59,912 bases of DNA from Rickettsia typhi (GTDB taxonomy: Bacteria; Pseudomonadota; Alphaproteobacteria; Rickettsiales; UBA1997). Made by a program: the position numbers and the translations under genes. Location: NCBI GenBank assembly GCA_945875925.1, contig CAMCME010000003.1, forward strand, positions 1 through 59,912. Direction: 5' to 3'. Below the pieces are notes generated by a model that was given only the letters and a program-made list of their open reading frames with translations, did no database searches and had not been told where the DNA came from. Below, in pieces: positions 1 to 12,611 of this stretch (position 1 is the stretch's first letter; every line of letters begins with the position of its first letter).

Positions 1-1
1 T

Positions 2-415
2 TATCAAATTGGCAAACAAAAATACGCCACCAAAGATCTTTTAGAAGTCAGCAGCAAAGACATTCAAAGCAAATATCACGAATTTGCCACCATCTTGCGC
101 CAACACAATGTTTCGGGGCGCGAAAATGCTTTTGATAAATTGGTAAATCTTTTTCTTTGCAAAATTGTTGACGAGTCAAAAAACCCAGAAGATTTAAAGT
201 TCAACTGGAAGGGAATTGCTTATGACAGCTATTTTGACTTACAAGATCGCCTGCAATTGCTTTATCAAGCGGGAATGAAAGAGTTTTTAGCGGAAGATGT
301 GACTTACATTGACGGCGCGGCAATCGACAAAGCTTTTCGTTTTTTTAAAAAAGACCCCGACGCAACCAAAGACACCATCAAAAAATATCGGATTAGTACG
401 CTTTGCGGTTGGTAA
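2..415 (+). pseudogene. Truncated type IIG-like restriction-modification / N-6 DNA methylase gene (starts before the window)
   Basis: Frame is open from base 2 (YQIGKQKY...KYHEFATILRQHNVSGRENAFDKLVNLFLCKIVDE), which I recognise as a motif of fused type IIG RM proteins. It stops shortly after DTIKKY (~388), far too early to reach the methyltransferase motifs. Confidence 0.7.
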
Positions 416-429
416 AGAAAAATAGAAGA

Positions 430-1539
430 TTATTTCTTAAGGAGTTCAGTCAAGCCATCTGCAACTTTACCATAAGAGTCGCTTATGCTCTTAAATGAAA
501 TTGCGTACTGCCCCTGTGGTTTTGTAATGTCCACAACCATAGTCTTTGTATCCTTATATTTATTACATAAATCTTGCGTTAGATATACAACTGGCACCCC
601 CGCTTTTTCTGCTATTGATCGTAATTGCGAAGTAAAATCACAGCATTTTTGAATTATAAAAGGATTAGAGTCGGCGCCAAAAATACCCTTAAACTCCTCT
701 TCTGATATTGAAAGATTTCCGCGCGAAGCATATTGCTGAAATTTTCTTACGCTGGCATTTACATCCTTTATCCATTGTTCGGCAGCCCTCGAAAAAGAGG
801 TACCTTCTTTTACACTTCCTCCATTAAATCTTTTAGCCATTTGCACCACCAAACCCAAAAACTTTGGTTGGAAATTTAAACCTTTAAAACTTTTTGTTGT
901 TTCATAATCTCTAAGCAACCTAATCCAATTTTGAAAAATAGAGCTTAAATTATCTATGGCTTGTAATGAGAAGAATGCTGGAGAAACTGGCGCAATAAAA
1001 TAATCACTTGTCATCATTATCATAGCGTTAATTATACTGCTAGCGCTTGGTGATGTATCAATCAGAATGAAGTCATAATTATTTTTTTGCTTCCTGATAG
1101 CGTGCTCAAATTTACTTGGTATGTCATTGGTAAATTCATTTCGATTTTTGATTATTCCATAAAGATCAGCTTCTATATTTGAGAGATTTATGGCGCCAGA
1201 AATTAGATCAACATAACCTTTGTCATTATGCCTTGATTGAGTTCTATATATTCCTTTTTTACAAGGCTGAGATTTCATTTCAATATCAAGATATTCTGAA
1301 AGAGATATGTATTTTTTGACATTCTCGCTCCACTTAGAATCATCATCAGTTGAATATTCAACACTTGTTGAAAGTCCATATACCGCGGCTGTCAAATTCA
1401 TTTGCGGATCAGCATCTACTAACAACACCTTATACCCCTTATCTGCTAAAATAAAACCTAAATTATGAACTAAAGTAGTTTTACCAACGCCACCTTTGTG
1501 ATTAAAAAAAGTTATGATTTTTCCCATATTATCTGACAC
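430..1539 (-). CDS. ParA/Soj-family ATPase (orphan, 369 aa)
   Basis: Deviant Walker A KGGVGKTT, LLVDADPQMNLT and YDFILIDTSPS; no parB adjacent. Confidence 0.85.
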   Translation of the reverse strand: MSDNMGKIITFFNHKGGVGKTTLVHNLGFILADKGYKVLLVDADPQMNLTAAVYGLSTSVEYSTDDDSKWSENVKKYISLSEYLDIEMKSQPCKKGIYRTQSRHNDKGYVDLISGAINLSNIEADLYGIIKNRNEFTNDIPSKFEHAIRKQKNNYDFILIDTSPSASSIINAMIMMTSDYFIAPVSPAFFSLQAIDNLSSIFQNWIRLLRDYETTKSFKGLNFQPKFLGLVVQMAKRFNGGSVKEGTSFSRAAEQWIKDVNASVRKFQQYASRGNLSISEEEFKGIFGADSNPFIIQKCCDFTSQLRSIAEKAGVPVVYLTQDLCNKYKDTKTMVVDITKPQGQYAISFKSISDSYGKVADGLTELLKK

Positions 1540-1966
1540 AATTATTGATTAATTTTTCAAACATAAATTCGCTGCCCTTGCTATTAAAACGCCAGCAAAA
1601 TTCGTCCAAATACCCGCTTAGATATTTCGGACTAACAAAGTGAAATTGTCCTTTAATTCCTCTTTTAAAAATCGCCCAAAAACTCTCAATAGTGTTGGTG
1701 TGAGAGATCCCATTAACATATTCTTTGCGACTATGATTGACTGTATGATGAGGAATAATGCCTTTGAAAGGCTTATATCCTTTAAATAAAATCATCAGTC
1801 ATTAAAGTTGTTGAAAACATATCAACATTTTTTAACACAATATCGCGAAGTGATTTAAAGTTCAATTTTTTATTATCTTTTTTGAGTGATGCTCAGTTCT
1901 CACTTTTCCACCTCTCTCAATCATTCCAATTACGCATTCTTTATCAGTTCCGCGACCTCTTTTAAT
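1529..1966 (-). pseudogene. IS1595-family (ISXO2-like DDE) transposase, 5'-truncated with two frameshifts
   Basis: Three frames join to give KRGRGTDKECVIGMIERGGKV / DNKKLNFKSLRDIVLKNVD..TLMTDDF / KGY..HHTVNHSRKEYV..HTNTIESFWAIFKRGIKG..KYLSGYLDEFCWRFN. Lesions are a 1-nt loss in the T run at 1878-1883 and a 4-nt TAAA duplication at 1783-1790. Confidence 0.9.
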
Positions 1967-2140
1967 TATTTATAACCCCAATCGCGCTTAAAAAATTTCA
2001 AAATGGGATTGATTTTAAGTTAAAAGTTGAATTTGGTTTATCAGATTGGTTTAAAGTTTTTTTGCGTTAGCTCGTAGTTTTTTAGGTAAAATATCGAGTT
2101 AGAATTTGAGTAATAAATTTCAAAAATTTAGAAAAATAAA

Positions 2141-2500
2141 ATGATTAAAATGTATAAAAAAATAAAATTTTGCCTGCCTTTAATCGGCTTTTTAGCTTTC
2201 GTTGAAAACGCTTCAGCCTTGCCAGAGCAGCAAGAATTGCTTTTGGAAGATCCGAAACGTCCAACCAAAGAAATTAGTAGCGGCTTGGGAATTTCTCAAA
2301 AAGAATTTATCGAATGTTTTAAAAATGTGAGACCAGCCCAAGGATCTAATCCAAAAACCGCCAAAGTTCATTCTAACAAAAAAGCTCTTTTAAGCTGTCT
2401 GCAAAAATCAAATTCAGCAATCACAAACGAAATGCTGGATGAAGTTATGGATAAATATCGCCCCGGCGGTCATCAGGCGCAGGTTCCGATTGATCAGTAA
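2141..2500 (+). CDS. Small exported hypothetical protein
   Basis: Signal-peptide-like N-terminus ending ASA; two Cys; 119 aa. Confidence 0.75.
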   Translation: MIKMYKKIKFCLPLIGFLAFVENASALPEQQELLLEDPKRPTKEISSGLGISQKEFIECFKNVRPAQGSNPKTAKVHSNKKALLSCLQKSNSAITNEMLDEVMDKYRPGGHQAQVPIDQ

Positions 2501-2557
2501 TTTTGGCAAAGCGCTTTTACATAAAGCGGAATATTTGCTACGAATTAAAATAAAAAA

Positions 2558-2650
2558 TACCAAACTAAAAATATTTACACCAAAACACAAAAGAGATTTG
2601 TGTTTTGGTATATGTCGAATTGCGTTCAAAACATTGGTATTAGTTTGGTA
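2558..2650. repeat. Degenerate member of the TACCAAACTA-ended MITE family
   Basis: Begins TACCAAACTAAAAAT and ends TAGTTTGGTA, with an internal inverted repeat; no TA duplication preserved. Confidence 0.6.
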
Positions 2651-2849
2651 GCGATTTATTTTTCTTAAAAATAGAAATATCTTTTAAATGACTTAGGATC
2701 TTAGAAGGGCAAGAAAACCACTAATTTTTTAACCCGCACATCAACTTGAAATGAAGTTTCCCGTATGAATTAGGAAAATCTTATTGCGTTTCATTATCCT
2801 GAAGGATAAGAACCTTTTTAATTATAACACCTTGGAAAATCACTAACTT

Positions 2850-4307
2850 TTAGTTAGAGAGCTTTTTCTTAAGCAATTCATTCACCACGCTTGGATTAGC
2901 TTGGCCTCTAGATTCTTTCATCACTTGTCCCACAAAAAATCCAAAAAGCTTTTCTCTGCCAGCCTTATATTCCTCAACCGAAGGCTGATTCTCTGCAATC
3001 ACCTTATCGATGATTTTTTCAATCGCACTCACATCGCTAACTTGTTTGAATCCTTTATACTCAACAATCGCAGCAGCATCTTCGCCGGTCTCAATCATTA
3101 TATCTAAAACATCTTTGGCAATTTTTCCTGAAATCGTTCCGTCTTTCATCAAATCAAGAAGACCAATTAATTTTGGCGCATCAATTTTTAGATTTTCAAA
3201 ATTAATTCCAAGTTTATTCATGCGGCCAAACAGCTCTACTGTAAGCCAAGTTACAGAAATTTTTGGATCATGTTTTTTAATTAATTGCTCAAAATAAGTT
3301 GAAATATCAGTGTCGATTGTAAGCACACCAGCATCATATTCAGGAATTCCAAACTCTCTCATATAGCGCACTTTCTTAGCATCTGGAAGTTCGGGAAGCG
3401 ATTTCTTAATCTCATCTACATATTCTTGAGTTAAAACCAATGGCGGCAAATCTGGGTCTGGAAAATAGCGATAATCCATCGCATCTTCTTTACTTCTCAT
3501 GGTTCTGGTTTCGCCATTTAGCGCATCAAAAAGACGGGTTTCTTGGCTGATAGTTCCGCCATTTTCTAAAATCTCAACTTGTCTAGCCGCTTCAAATTCA
3601 ATAGCGCGCGAGATATTACGAATCGAGTTTAAGTTTTTAATTTCGCAGCGAGTTCCAAGCTTTTCTGCACCAACCAAACGCACAGAAACATTGGCATCAC
3701 AGCGTAAATTTCCTTTTTCCATATCGCCATCGCAAGTTTCAAGAGCGCGCGCAATTGAGCGAATTTTCTTCACATATTCGCAAGCCTCAAACGGACTTCT
3801 AATATCAGGCTTAGAAACAATCTCCATAAGGGCAACACCAGCCCGGTTTAAATCGATTAGCGTTAAAGTTGGACTTTGATCATGAATTGATTTCCCAGCA
3901 TCTTGTTCAAGGTGAATTCTTTCCACGCCGATAGATTTCTTTACACCATCTTCATTAAAAATTTCCACCACACCTTCACCCACAATTGGATGCGAGAATT
4001 GAGAAATTTGATAACCTTGTGGCAAATCTGCGTAGAAATAATTTTTACGATCAAAAACAGATCTTAGATTTATTTGCGCATTAATTCCTAAACCAGTTTT
4101 AACCGCTTGTTTTACACATTTTTCATTAATAGTTGGAAGCATTCCCGGCATGGCCGCGTCAATGAATGAAACTTGACTATTTTGCGGCGCACCAAATTTA
4201 ACTGAAGATCGAGAGAAGAGTTTTGATTCAGAAGCAACTTGTGCATGAATTTCGCAACCAACAACTAATTCATAATCATTGTTTTTGCCCTTTATTATGT
4301 AAGTCAT
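2850..4307 (-). CDS. gatB: Asp/Glu-tRNA amidotransferase subunit B
   Basis: [45 protein letters not shown]; start placed at MTYIIKG (4307). Confidence 0.97.
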   Translation of the reverse strand: MTYIIKGKNNDYELVVGCEIHAQVASESKLFSRSSVKFGAPQNSQVSFIDAAMPGMLPTINEKCVKQAVKTGLGINAQINLRSVFDRKNYFYADLPQGYQISQFSHPIVGEGVVEIFNEDGVKKSIGVERIHLEQDAGKSIHDQSPTLTLIDLNRAGVALMEIVSKPDIRSPFEACEYVKKIRSIARALETCDGDMEKGNLRCDANVSVRLVGAEKLGTRCEIKNLNSIRNISRAIEFEAARQVEILENGGTISQETRLFDALNGETRTMRSKEDAMDYRYFPDPDLPPLVLTQEYVDEIKKSLPELPDAKKVRYMREFGIPEYDAGVLTIDTDISTYFEQLIKKHDPKISVTWLTVELFGRMNKLGINFENLKIDAPKLIGLLDLMKDGTISGKIAKDVLDIMIETGEDAAAIVEYKGFKQVSDVSAIEKIIDKVIAENQPSVEEYKAGREKLFGFFVGQVMKESRGQANPSVVNELLKKKLSN

Positions 4308-4371
4308 GTTATGTGTTTGTAGGAGATCTATATTTAAAGATAGTGGGGAATTTTGATTCCCCACCACTATA

Positions 4372-7182
4372 TTATTCAGCCAAATTAGCCGCTATTTCAT
4401 TACCACCTTCCTGCTCGCCAACATCTTCGCCAGTTTCCGCTTCATCAACTTCTTTATTTCCAGTGTGAGCAATTCTTGCAACTGACACAACAGTTTCGTC
4501 TTTAGTCTTAATCAAGGTCACGCCTTGAGTGTTGCGACCTGTAATTCTAACTGTAGTAACTTCAGTTCTAATCAAAGTTCCTTTGTCAGTAATGATCATA
4601 ACTTGATCTTTACCTTCAATTGGGAAGCTCGCTACCACATTACCATTTCTTTTCGAAGTGATTATGTTGGTAATTCCTGAACCGCCGCGATTAGTGATGC
4701 GATATTCATAAGCCGAAGATCTTTTACCAAAACCATTTTCAGTAATAGTTAAAATAAATTCTTCATTAATTGCCATTTCTTCAATTTGTTCTTGAGGAAT
4801 TTCGGCTTTAATTTTCGCAATATCTTTTGGCTGTTCTAATAGATCAGTTGCTGGATTTTCTTGTAATTTTTTGTTGAAAATCAAGGCATCTCTAAGCTCT
4901 AATCTTTTATCAAGATCAATTTTTAAATATTTTTCTTTAACTTCAGAATCAGCTTCTGTGTGTTTCAAAATTGACATCGCGATAACTTTATTACCCTTGT
5001 CAAGCTTGATACCGCGCACACCAGTAGAATTTCTACTTTGGAAAACACGCAATTTTTCAACAGGGAATCTAATACATTTTCCATTCGCAGTTGAAAGCAT
5101 GATATCATCTTTACTTCCGCATAGAGCTACATTTACCAAAGCGTCGCCATCTTCAAGTTTCATGGCAATTTTACCACTTGATCTGATGTCGACAAATTGA
5201 TCCATCGAGTTTCTTCTAATATCGCCACTAGATGTCGCAAACACGATACTCAAGTCTTTCCAGCTTTCTTCATTTTCAGGAAGTGCTAAAATTGTACTAA
5301 TTTTTTCATCTTGTTCAATTGGCAGAAGATTCACCAAAGCGCGCCCTCTGGCTTGTGGATTGCCAAGTGGAAGTTTGTAAGCTTTTAATTTATAAACTTT
5401 TCCTTTGCTTGAGAAGAATAAAATTGGCGTGTGAGTGTTAGCCACAAAAATATCAGTTGCGATATCTTCATCTCTCACATCCATAGCGCTGCGACCCTTG
5501 CCGCCGCGTTTTTGAGTGCGATAAGCAGAAAGCAATACGCGCTTGATATAGCCGTTCATGGTTCCCACAACAACCATATCTTCTTTCGGAATTAAATCTT
5601 CGATATCAACTTCAAATTCACTATCTTCAATTGTTGATCTTCTTGGAGTTGCAAACTGATCTTTAATTTCAACAAGTTCTGCTTTTACCAAATTCATCAA
5701 TTTTACGCGATCTGCTAAAAGTGATAAATATTCAGAAATTTCAGCTGCCAAAATAGCCAGTTCCGCATTGATCTTGTCCATTTCCAAGCCAGTTAAGCGA
5801 GCAAGTCTCATATCAAGAATTGCTTTAGCCTGAACTTCAGTGAAATAGAATTTACCATCTTTAATAGTATTTCCTTTGTCTTGAACTAGCTTGATGATTG
5901 CTTCAACGGTTTGAGACGGCCAGCTTCTTGAGAGTAATTTTTCTCTAGCTTCTGCAGAATCAGCAGATTTTTTAATTAGCTCAACAATCTCGTCAATATT
6001 TGCAACTGCGACAGCCAAACCAATCAAGATGTGAGTTTTATCTCTTGCTTTGTTCAGCAAGAAATTAGTTCTGCGTGCAACCACATTTTCTCTAAAACGA
6101 GTAAATAATCTGATCACATCAAGCAAGTTAAGCAACTCTGGTCGGCCTTGGTTTAGAGCCAACATATTCACACCAAAACTACTTTGAAGTGGAGTGAAAC
6201 TATAAAGCTGATTAATGATAACTTCTTCCATCGCATCACGACGCAGCTCAATAACCACGCGAATTCCATCGCGATCAGATTCGTCACGAAGGTCTGTAAT
6301 TCCTTCAATTTTTTTCTCTTTAACCAGCTCAGCAATTTTTTCTACAAGCTTGGCTTTATTAACTTGGTAAGGAATTTCAGTAATGATAATTGCAACTTTG
6401 CCAGCATTTAATTTTTCAATTTTGTGACGACCGCGCATAATCACCGAACCACGCCCAGTGTTAGCCGCCGAGCTGCATCCATTTCTTCCCAAAATAATTC
6501 CTCCTGTCGGAAAATCTGGGCCAGGAATAATTTTTAATAAATCTTCAACCGTAATTTCGCTGTTATCAATGTAAGCCAAAACACCATCAATCACTTCGCC
6601 TAAATTGTGCGGAGGAATATTTGTCGCCATACCAACCGCAATACCACCAGAACCATTCACCAATAAATTTGGGAATCTTGCTGGCATAACTTTTGGTTCT
6701 CTTTCACTTCCGTCATAATTTGGAACAAAATCAACAGTGTCTTTGTCCAAATCTTCAAGCATTGTATGCGTAACTTTCTTCAAACGAGATTCAGTATAAC
6801 GCATCGCAGCAGCCGGATCATCATCAATAGAACCGAAGTTACCTTGTCCATCAATAAGTGGTAAACGCATTGAGAAATCTTGCGCCATACGAACCAAAGA
6901 TTCATAAATTGCCGAGTCACCATGCGGGTGATATTTACCCATTACTTCACCGACAATTCTCGCCGATTTTTTAAATGGTTTATTATAATCATAATTTCCT
7001 TCATACATCGCATAAAGAATGCGGCGATGCACAGGCTTCAAACCATCACAAACATCTGGAATAGCACGCGCCACAATTACGCTCATTGCATAATCCAAGT
7101 AAGATTTTTTCATCTCACTTACCAGCGAAACCGATTGAATATCTTTCCCTACGGCAACTTGAAAGGTGTTTTGATTAGTCAT
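4372..7182 (-). CDS. gyrA: DNA gyrase subunit A
   Basis: [17 protein letters not shown], GyrA box QKRGGKG. Confidence 0.98.
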   Translation of the reverse strand: MTNQNTFQVAVGKDIQSVSLVSEMKKSYLDYAMSVIVARAIPDVCDGLKPVHRRILYAMYEGNYDYNKPFKKSARIVGEVMGKYHPHGDSAIYESLVRMAQDFSMRLPLIDGQGNFGSIDDDPAAAMRYTESRLKKVTHTMLEDLDKDTVDFVPNYDGSEREPKVMPARFPNLLVNGSGGIAVGMATNIPPHNLGEVIDGVLAYIDNSEITVEDLLKIIPGPDFPTGGIILGRNGCSSAANTGRGSVIMRGRHKIEKLNAGKVAIIITEIPYQVNKAKLVEKIAELVKEKKIEGITDLRDESDRDGIRVVIELRRDAMEEVIINQLYSFTPLQSSFGVNMLALNQGRPELLNLLDVIRLFTRFRENVVARRTNFLLNKARDKTHILIGLAVAVANIDEIVELIKKSADSAEAREKLLSRSWPSQTVEAIIKLVQDKGNTIKDGKFYFTEVQAKAILDMRLARLTGLEMDKINAELAILAAEISEYLSLLADRVKLMNLVKAELVEIKDQFATPRRSTIEDSEFEVDIEDLIPKEDMVVVGTMNGYIKRVLLSAYRTQKRGGKGRSAMDVRDEDIATDIFVANTHTPILFFSSKGKVYKLKAYKLPLGNPQARGRALVNLLPIEQDEKISTILALPENEESWKDLSIVFATSSGDIRRNSMDQFVDIRSSGKIAMKLEDGDALVNVALCGSKDDIMLSTANGKCIRFPVEKLRVFQSRNSTGVRGIKLDKGNKVIAMSILKHTEADSEVKEKYLKIDLDKRLELRDALIFNKKLQENPATDLLEQPKDIAKIKAEIPQEQIEEMAINEEFILTITENGFGKRSSAYEYRITNRGGSGITNIITSKRNGNVVASFPIEGKDQVMIITDKGTLIRTEVTTVRITGRNTQGVTLIKTKDETVVSVARIAHTGNKEVDEAETGEDVGEQEGGNEIAANLAE

Positions 7183-7394
7183 TTTTTGATTTTTTTTGAG
7201 TGTGAAAATATATAATCAAAGCAAGATTTGCTTGAAACAGCTTCGCTTTGAAATTCATTAAGAACTTGAATATAAATAATGTTGTACATTTTAGAGATAG
7301 TTTGAAGGAAGTGCAAGATTTTTATTTGCCTTCACCAAATCCGATTTGTAAGTTCAAAGGCGAATTCAATAAATTAATTTAAAATCCAAAATCT

Positions 7395-8192
7395 ATGAAA
7401 ATCGGCGTTACGGGAATCACCGGAAAAATGGGCAGAACCATTGCTCGACTTATAATCGAAAATAGCTTAGTTGAACTTTCTTGCGGATTAACCAGACAAG
7501 GTGGCCAAAATGAAGGAGAAGATTTTGCGGAATTTTTAGGATATACTAAATCAGGTGCTAAAATTATTTCTGACATTGATCAATTCGTACAAAATTCTGA
7601 TGCAATCATCGATTTCTCAGCCCCAGCTTTAAGTTTAGAATTAGCAAGAAAATGTGCCGAGCATGGTCGCGTATTAGTTTGCGGAACTACAGGTTTCTCA
7701 GATTCTGAAAAACAAAAATTCGCTCTTAACGCTGAAAAATGCGTCATCATTTGGTCTTCAAATATGTCAGTTGGCGTCAATCTTTTAATCAATTTAGCCG
7801 AAAAAGTTGCCAGCGTTTTACATGATGATTTCGATGTTGAAATTTTTGAAATGCATCACAAAAATAAAGTTGATGCGCCGTCAGGAACCGCTTTATCTCT
7901 TGGCGCCGCAGTCGCTCAAGGACGCGGAGTCGATCTAAAAACCGTCGCACAAATGGCTCGCGTCGGACAAAACAATGAAAGACAAAAAGGCGAAATCGGC
8001 TTTTGTTCTCTAAGAGGCGGCGATGTGGTTGGTGATCATTCTGTAATTTTTGCAGGAGACGGTGAAAGAATCGAACTTACTCACAAAGCTTCAAATCGCG
8101 ATGTCTTCGCCAAAGGTGCCATCCGCGCCGCAATCTGGGGCAGCGCCAAAAAACCCGGATTCTACTCAATGCGCGATGTTTTAAATGTCTAA
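7395..8192 (+). CDS. dapB: 4-hydroxy-tetrahydrodipicolinate reductase
   Basis: GITGKMG, GTTGF, EMHHKNKVDAPSGTA, HKASNRDVFAKGA. Confidence 0.96.
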   Translation: MKIGVTGITGKMGRTIARLIIENSLVELSCGLTRQGGQNEGEDFAEFLGYTKSGAKIISDIDQFVQNSDAIIDFSAPALSLELARKCAEHGRVLVCGTTGFSDSEKQKFALNAEKCVIIWSSNMSVGVNLLINLAEKVASVLHDDFDVEIFEMHHKNKVDAPSGTALSLGAAVAQGRGVDLKTVAQMARVGQNNERQKGEIGFCSLRGGDVVGDHSVIFAGDGERIELTHKASNRDVFAKGAIRAAIWGSAKKPGFYSMRDVLNV

Positions 8193-9255
8193 AAATATTG
8201 AAGTAAATAATTTTAAGAAAAAAATTTTCAGCAAATTTGACGAGGTTTTTGGAGAATTAAAAACTCCAAAAACCATTGCTGTAGCCGTTTCTGGCGGATC
8301 AGATTCTTTATCTCTCTCCATTCTTTTAAATGAATATTGCGTAGCAAAAAAGATAAAATTATTCGCAGTTACAGTTGATCACAAAATGCGCAAAAGCTCG
8401 TCTTTAGAGGCTTTGAAGCTTGCCAAGATTTTACAAAAAGAAAAAATTTCTCATCAAATTTTAGAAATAAATTCAGAAAAAATACCTCAAACCAACATCG
8501 AAGCAAAACTCCGTGAAGCTCGTTACGAATTGCTTCACAGCTTTTGCACTATAAATAAAATTAAACATTTGTTTTTAGGTCACATTCAAAGCGACATCGC
8601 GGAAAATTTTTTAATCAGACTTTTTCGCGGCAGTGGTTTAGACGGTTTATCATCAATTGCAGAAATTTCTGACTTCAAAAAAATAAAAATTATTCGTCCA
8701 TTTCTCGATATTTCTAAAGACGAATTGCAAGAATTTTTAAGAGAAAAAAAGATCAAATGGTTCGAAGATGAAAGCAATAAAGATGAGAAATTTTTGCGCA
8801 ATAAAATCAGAAATTTTTTCGATAGTTTTGAAGATAAAAACTTGATTCAAAAAAGAGTAAAAAGCGCAACCGATGAAATCTCTAGAATGCGCGATTTATT
8901 TGACTATTTAATGCTTAAAGAAGCGAAGAAAATATTAGAATTTAATCAACAAGGCTTCTTCATTATTAATCTTAAAAAATTCGCAAAAACAGAAGAAAAA
9001 ATTGCCCTAAAAATTCTCGCTTTAACTTTGATGGAAATTGGTGAAAAAACTTACAAACCGCGCTTAGAAAAATTACAAAGATTTTATTACTGGATCATAG
9101 AAAATGAAAATCACAAACCGCGAAATTTTTATGGCTGCATGGCCAAAAACCTAGATAATTCAAGGCTGATTATTTATAACGAAAAAAAATTACTAAAGAA
9201 AAAACACACCGTAACTTTTCATACAATTCTAAAAAAAATATTTGAGACCAAATGA
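8185..9255 (+). CDS. tilS: tRNA(Ile)-lysidine synthase
   Basis: PP-loop AVSGGSDS, AREARY-like KLREARY, LFRGSGLDGL, FLRNKIR. Confidence 0.92.
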   Translation: MSKNIEVNNFKKKIFSKFDEVFGELKTPKTIAVAVSGGSDSLSLSILLNEYCVAKKIKLFAVTVDHKMRKSSSLEALKLAKILQKEKISHQILEINSEKIPQTNIEAKLREARYELLHSFCTINKIKHLFLGHIQSDIAENFLIRLFRGSGLDGLSSIAEISDFKKIKIIRPFLDISKDELQEFLREKKIKWFEDESNKDEKFLRNKIRNFFDSFEDKNLIQKRVKSATDEISRMRDLFDYLMLKEAKKILEFNQQGFFIINLKKFAKTEEKIALKILALTLMEIGEKTYKPRLEKLQRFYYWIIENENHKPRNFYGCMAKNLDNSRLIIYNEKKLLKKKHTVTFHTILKKIFETK

Positions 9256-10271
9256 AAATCGCCAATGCTCAAATCGACTTTTACATTCAAAAAATCGCTC
9301 AAGAAAAAATCGCTGGCTGTTTAATATTCGGCCCAGAGGCTTCGGTTGTAAGCCACCGCTTCAATTCAATTGCTAGGAAAATATCACCCGATTTATCCGA
9401 TCCATTTTTAGTATCTAATATAAGCAAAGAAAGATTGTCCGAAGATAAAGCCTTATTATCAGATGAATTTTACTCTTTATCTTTTTTGGGCGGGCGCAAA
9501 TTAATCTTAATTAAAGATTCTGATGCTAATGTTGGCTCTGCTTTAAAGAATTTATTTTTAGACAAGGATTACGCAAAAAAGAGTGATAATTTCATATTAA
9601 TTCAAGCTGGCGATTTAGATAAAAGTTCCGCTTTGCGCAAGGCCGCAGAAAATGATTTGAGCTTTGCCGCAATCGCTTGTTATGAAGATGATGAAAGAGT
9701 AGTTAAAAAATTTATTGAAAGTGAACTAATCAAAAACCAAATCAAACCCAATTTTCAGATAGTTACATATATATATGATAAATGTGGCAAAAATCGCCAA
9801 GTCATTTCCTCCGAATTAGACAAGCTTCTATCCTATATAGGAAATAACAAAGAACTGACTATCGAAGATATTGATAAGGCAATCGGATCTGAAGTTGAAA
9901 CCTCAGCAAGCGAATTTATTAGCAGTTTCTGCTCTCAAAAGTTCGATACAGCTTTAATTCAAGCCGAAAAACTATTCCGAAATAGCTTCGAACCAATAGT
10001 CTTAATTCGCTTTTTATCTACTCATTTACAAAAACTTTACCAAGCAAAATGCGAAATTACTTTTGCAAATGTCGATTTTGAGAGCGCAATAAAATCTCAA
10101 AGACTGTTTTTTAAGACAGAAATTGAGTTTCGTAAAAATTTAAAACAACTTTCTTTGGCCTTTTTAGTAAGAATTTTGCATGATTTGGAGAAAGTTGAGG
10201 CAAAAATCAAAACTTCTTCGATTTCCTCGAAGTCCTTGTTTATTGCATTCGTCCAAAATTCAGACAAATAA
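9252..10271 (+). CDS. holA: DNA polymerase III delta subunit
   Basis: LIFGPEA, SFLGGRKLI, SSELDKLLSY; size and layout typical of alphaproteobacterial HolA. Confidence 0.88.
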   Translation: MKIANAQIDFYIQKIAQEKIAGCLIFGPEASVVSHRFNSIARKISPDLSDPFLVSNISKERLSEDKALLSDEFYSLSFLGGRKLILIKDSDANVGSALKNLFLDKDYAKKSDNFILIQAGDLDKSSALRKAAENDLSFAAIACYEDDERVVKKFIESELIKNQIKPNFQIVTYIYDKCGKNRQVISSELDKLLSYIGNNKELTIEDIDKAIGSEVETSASEFISSFCSQKFDTALIQAEKLFRNSFEPIVLIRFLSTHLQKLYQAKCEITFANVDFESAIKSQRLFFKTEIEFRKNLKQLSLAFLVRILHDLEKVEAKIKTSSISSKSLFIAFVQNSDK

Positions 10272-10315
10272 AATAATTATCTTAAACTATTTTAAGAAAT
10301 ATTTGTATTCTGTGC

Positions 10316-10343
10316 TTGACAATGAAAATCAAACATGTAGATT
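10316..10343 (+). promoter_or_regulatory. Sigma70-type rRNA promoter
   Basis: TTGACA-16 bp-TAGATT followed by the GC-rich discriminator CGGCCC, upstream of the 16S gene. Confidence 0.75.
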
Positions 10344-10497
10344 ATCGGCCCTCTTCGTTTCTGAAGAATGTTTAGTTGTTTCCCGAGTCACTTGAACTTC
10401 TCTGAAAAAGAGAACTACAGAAGATTAAGTTAATTTCACTAAAATTGTTGTTTTACATCGTAAATAATCGCGTTTTATACTTTTTTGAAAAAAAGTA

Positions 10498-12180
<1,683 letters not shown>

Positions 12181-12224
12181 ATACGCGATTATTTTTACGA
12201 TTTTTAAAACAATATTCTTCTCAC

Positions 12225-12596
12225 ATGCCGCATCTTATCATAGAGCACTCAGCAAATATTTCAAAAAATTCTGTTAATTCCCTCGAGGAAGAAATTCAAG
12301 ATATTATGAATTCTGTCGAAGGTAATTTTGATGCAGATCAATGCAAAGCAAGAGCCATCTCTTTTGATGACTATCTCGTGGGCAGACCAGATCAATCAAC
12401 CTCATCTTTTATTCACATTACTTTAAAAGCTCTTTCGGGAAGATCTGTGGAAGTTAGAAAAAATTTGTCTGTAAAAATTGCTGAATTTACCAATAAGTTT
12501 TTCATAGATTTGAATTTGGGAAGTAAACGCTGCGACATTTCTGTAGATATAGTTGAGATGGATCGCGAAACCTACCAAAAAATTCGCATCGAATAA
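12225..12596 (+). CDS. 5-carboxymethyl-2-hydroxymuconate isomerase / tautomerase family protein
   Basis: True start MPHLIIEHSANI (catalytic Pro2); FIHITLKALSGRS. The upstream ORF extension lies in the rRNA trailer. Confidence 0.85.
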   Translation: MPHLIIEHSANISKNSVNSLEEEIQDIMNSVEGNFDADQCKARAISFDDYLVGRPDQSTSSFIHITLKALSGRSVEVRKNLSVKIAEFTNKFFIDLNLGSKRCDISVDIVEMDRETYQKIRIE

Positions 12597-12611
12597 AATT
12601 TCTCAATCAAG

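Larger units (their letters stand above)
389..1966 (-). mobile_element. Remnant of an IS1595-family element with a passenger gene (left end lost)
   Basis: A decayed IS1595 transposase overlaps a ParA gene. The RM reading frame breaks at 389, right after the AT-rich 8-mer AAAAATAT. No matching left inverted repeat was found. Confidence 0.5.

Noticed and set aside
1967-2100. Left inverted repeat of the IS1595 element
   Set aside because: No complement of CGGATTAGTACG and no second AAAAATAT found, so the element boundary remains inferred.
2414-2651. Overlapping ORFs 2414-2629 and 2439-2651
   Set aside because: They run through the repeat element and overlap a better-supported gene.
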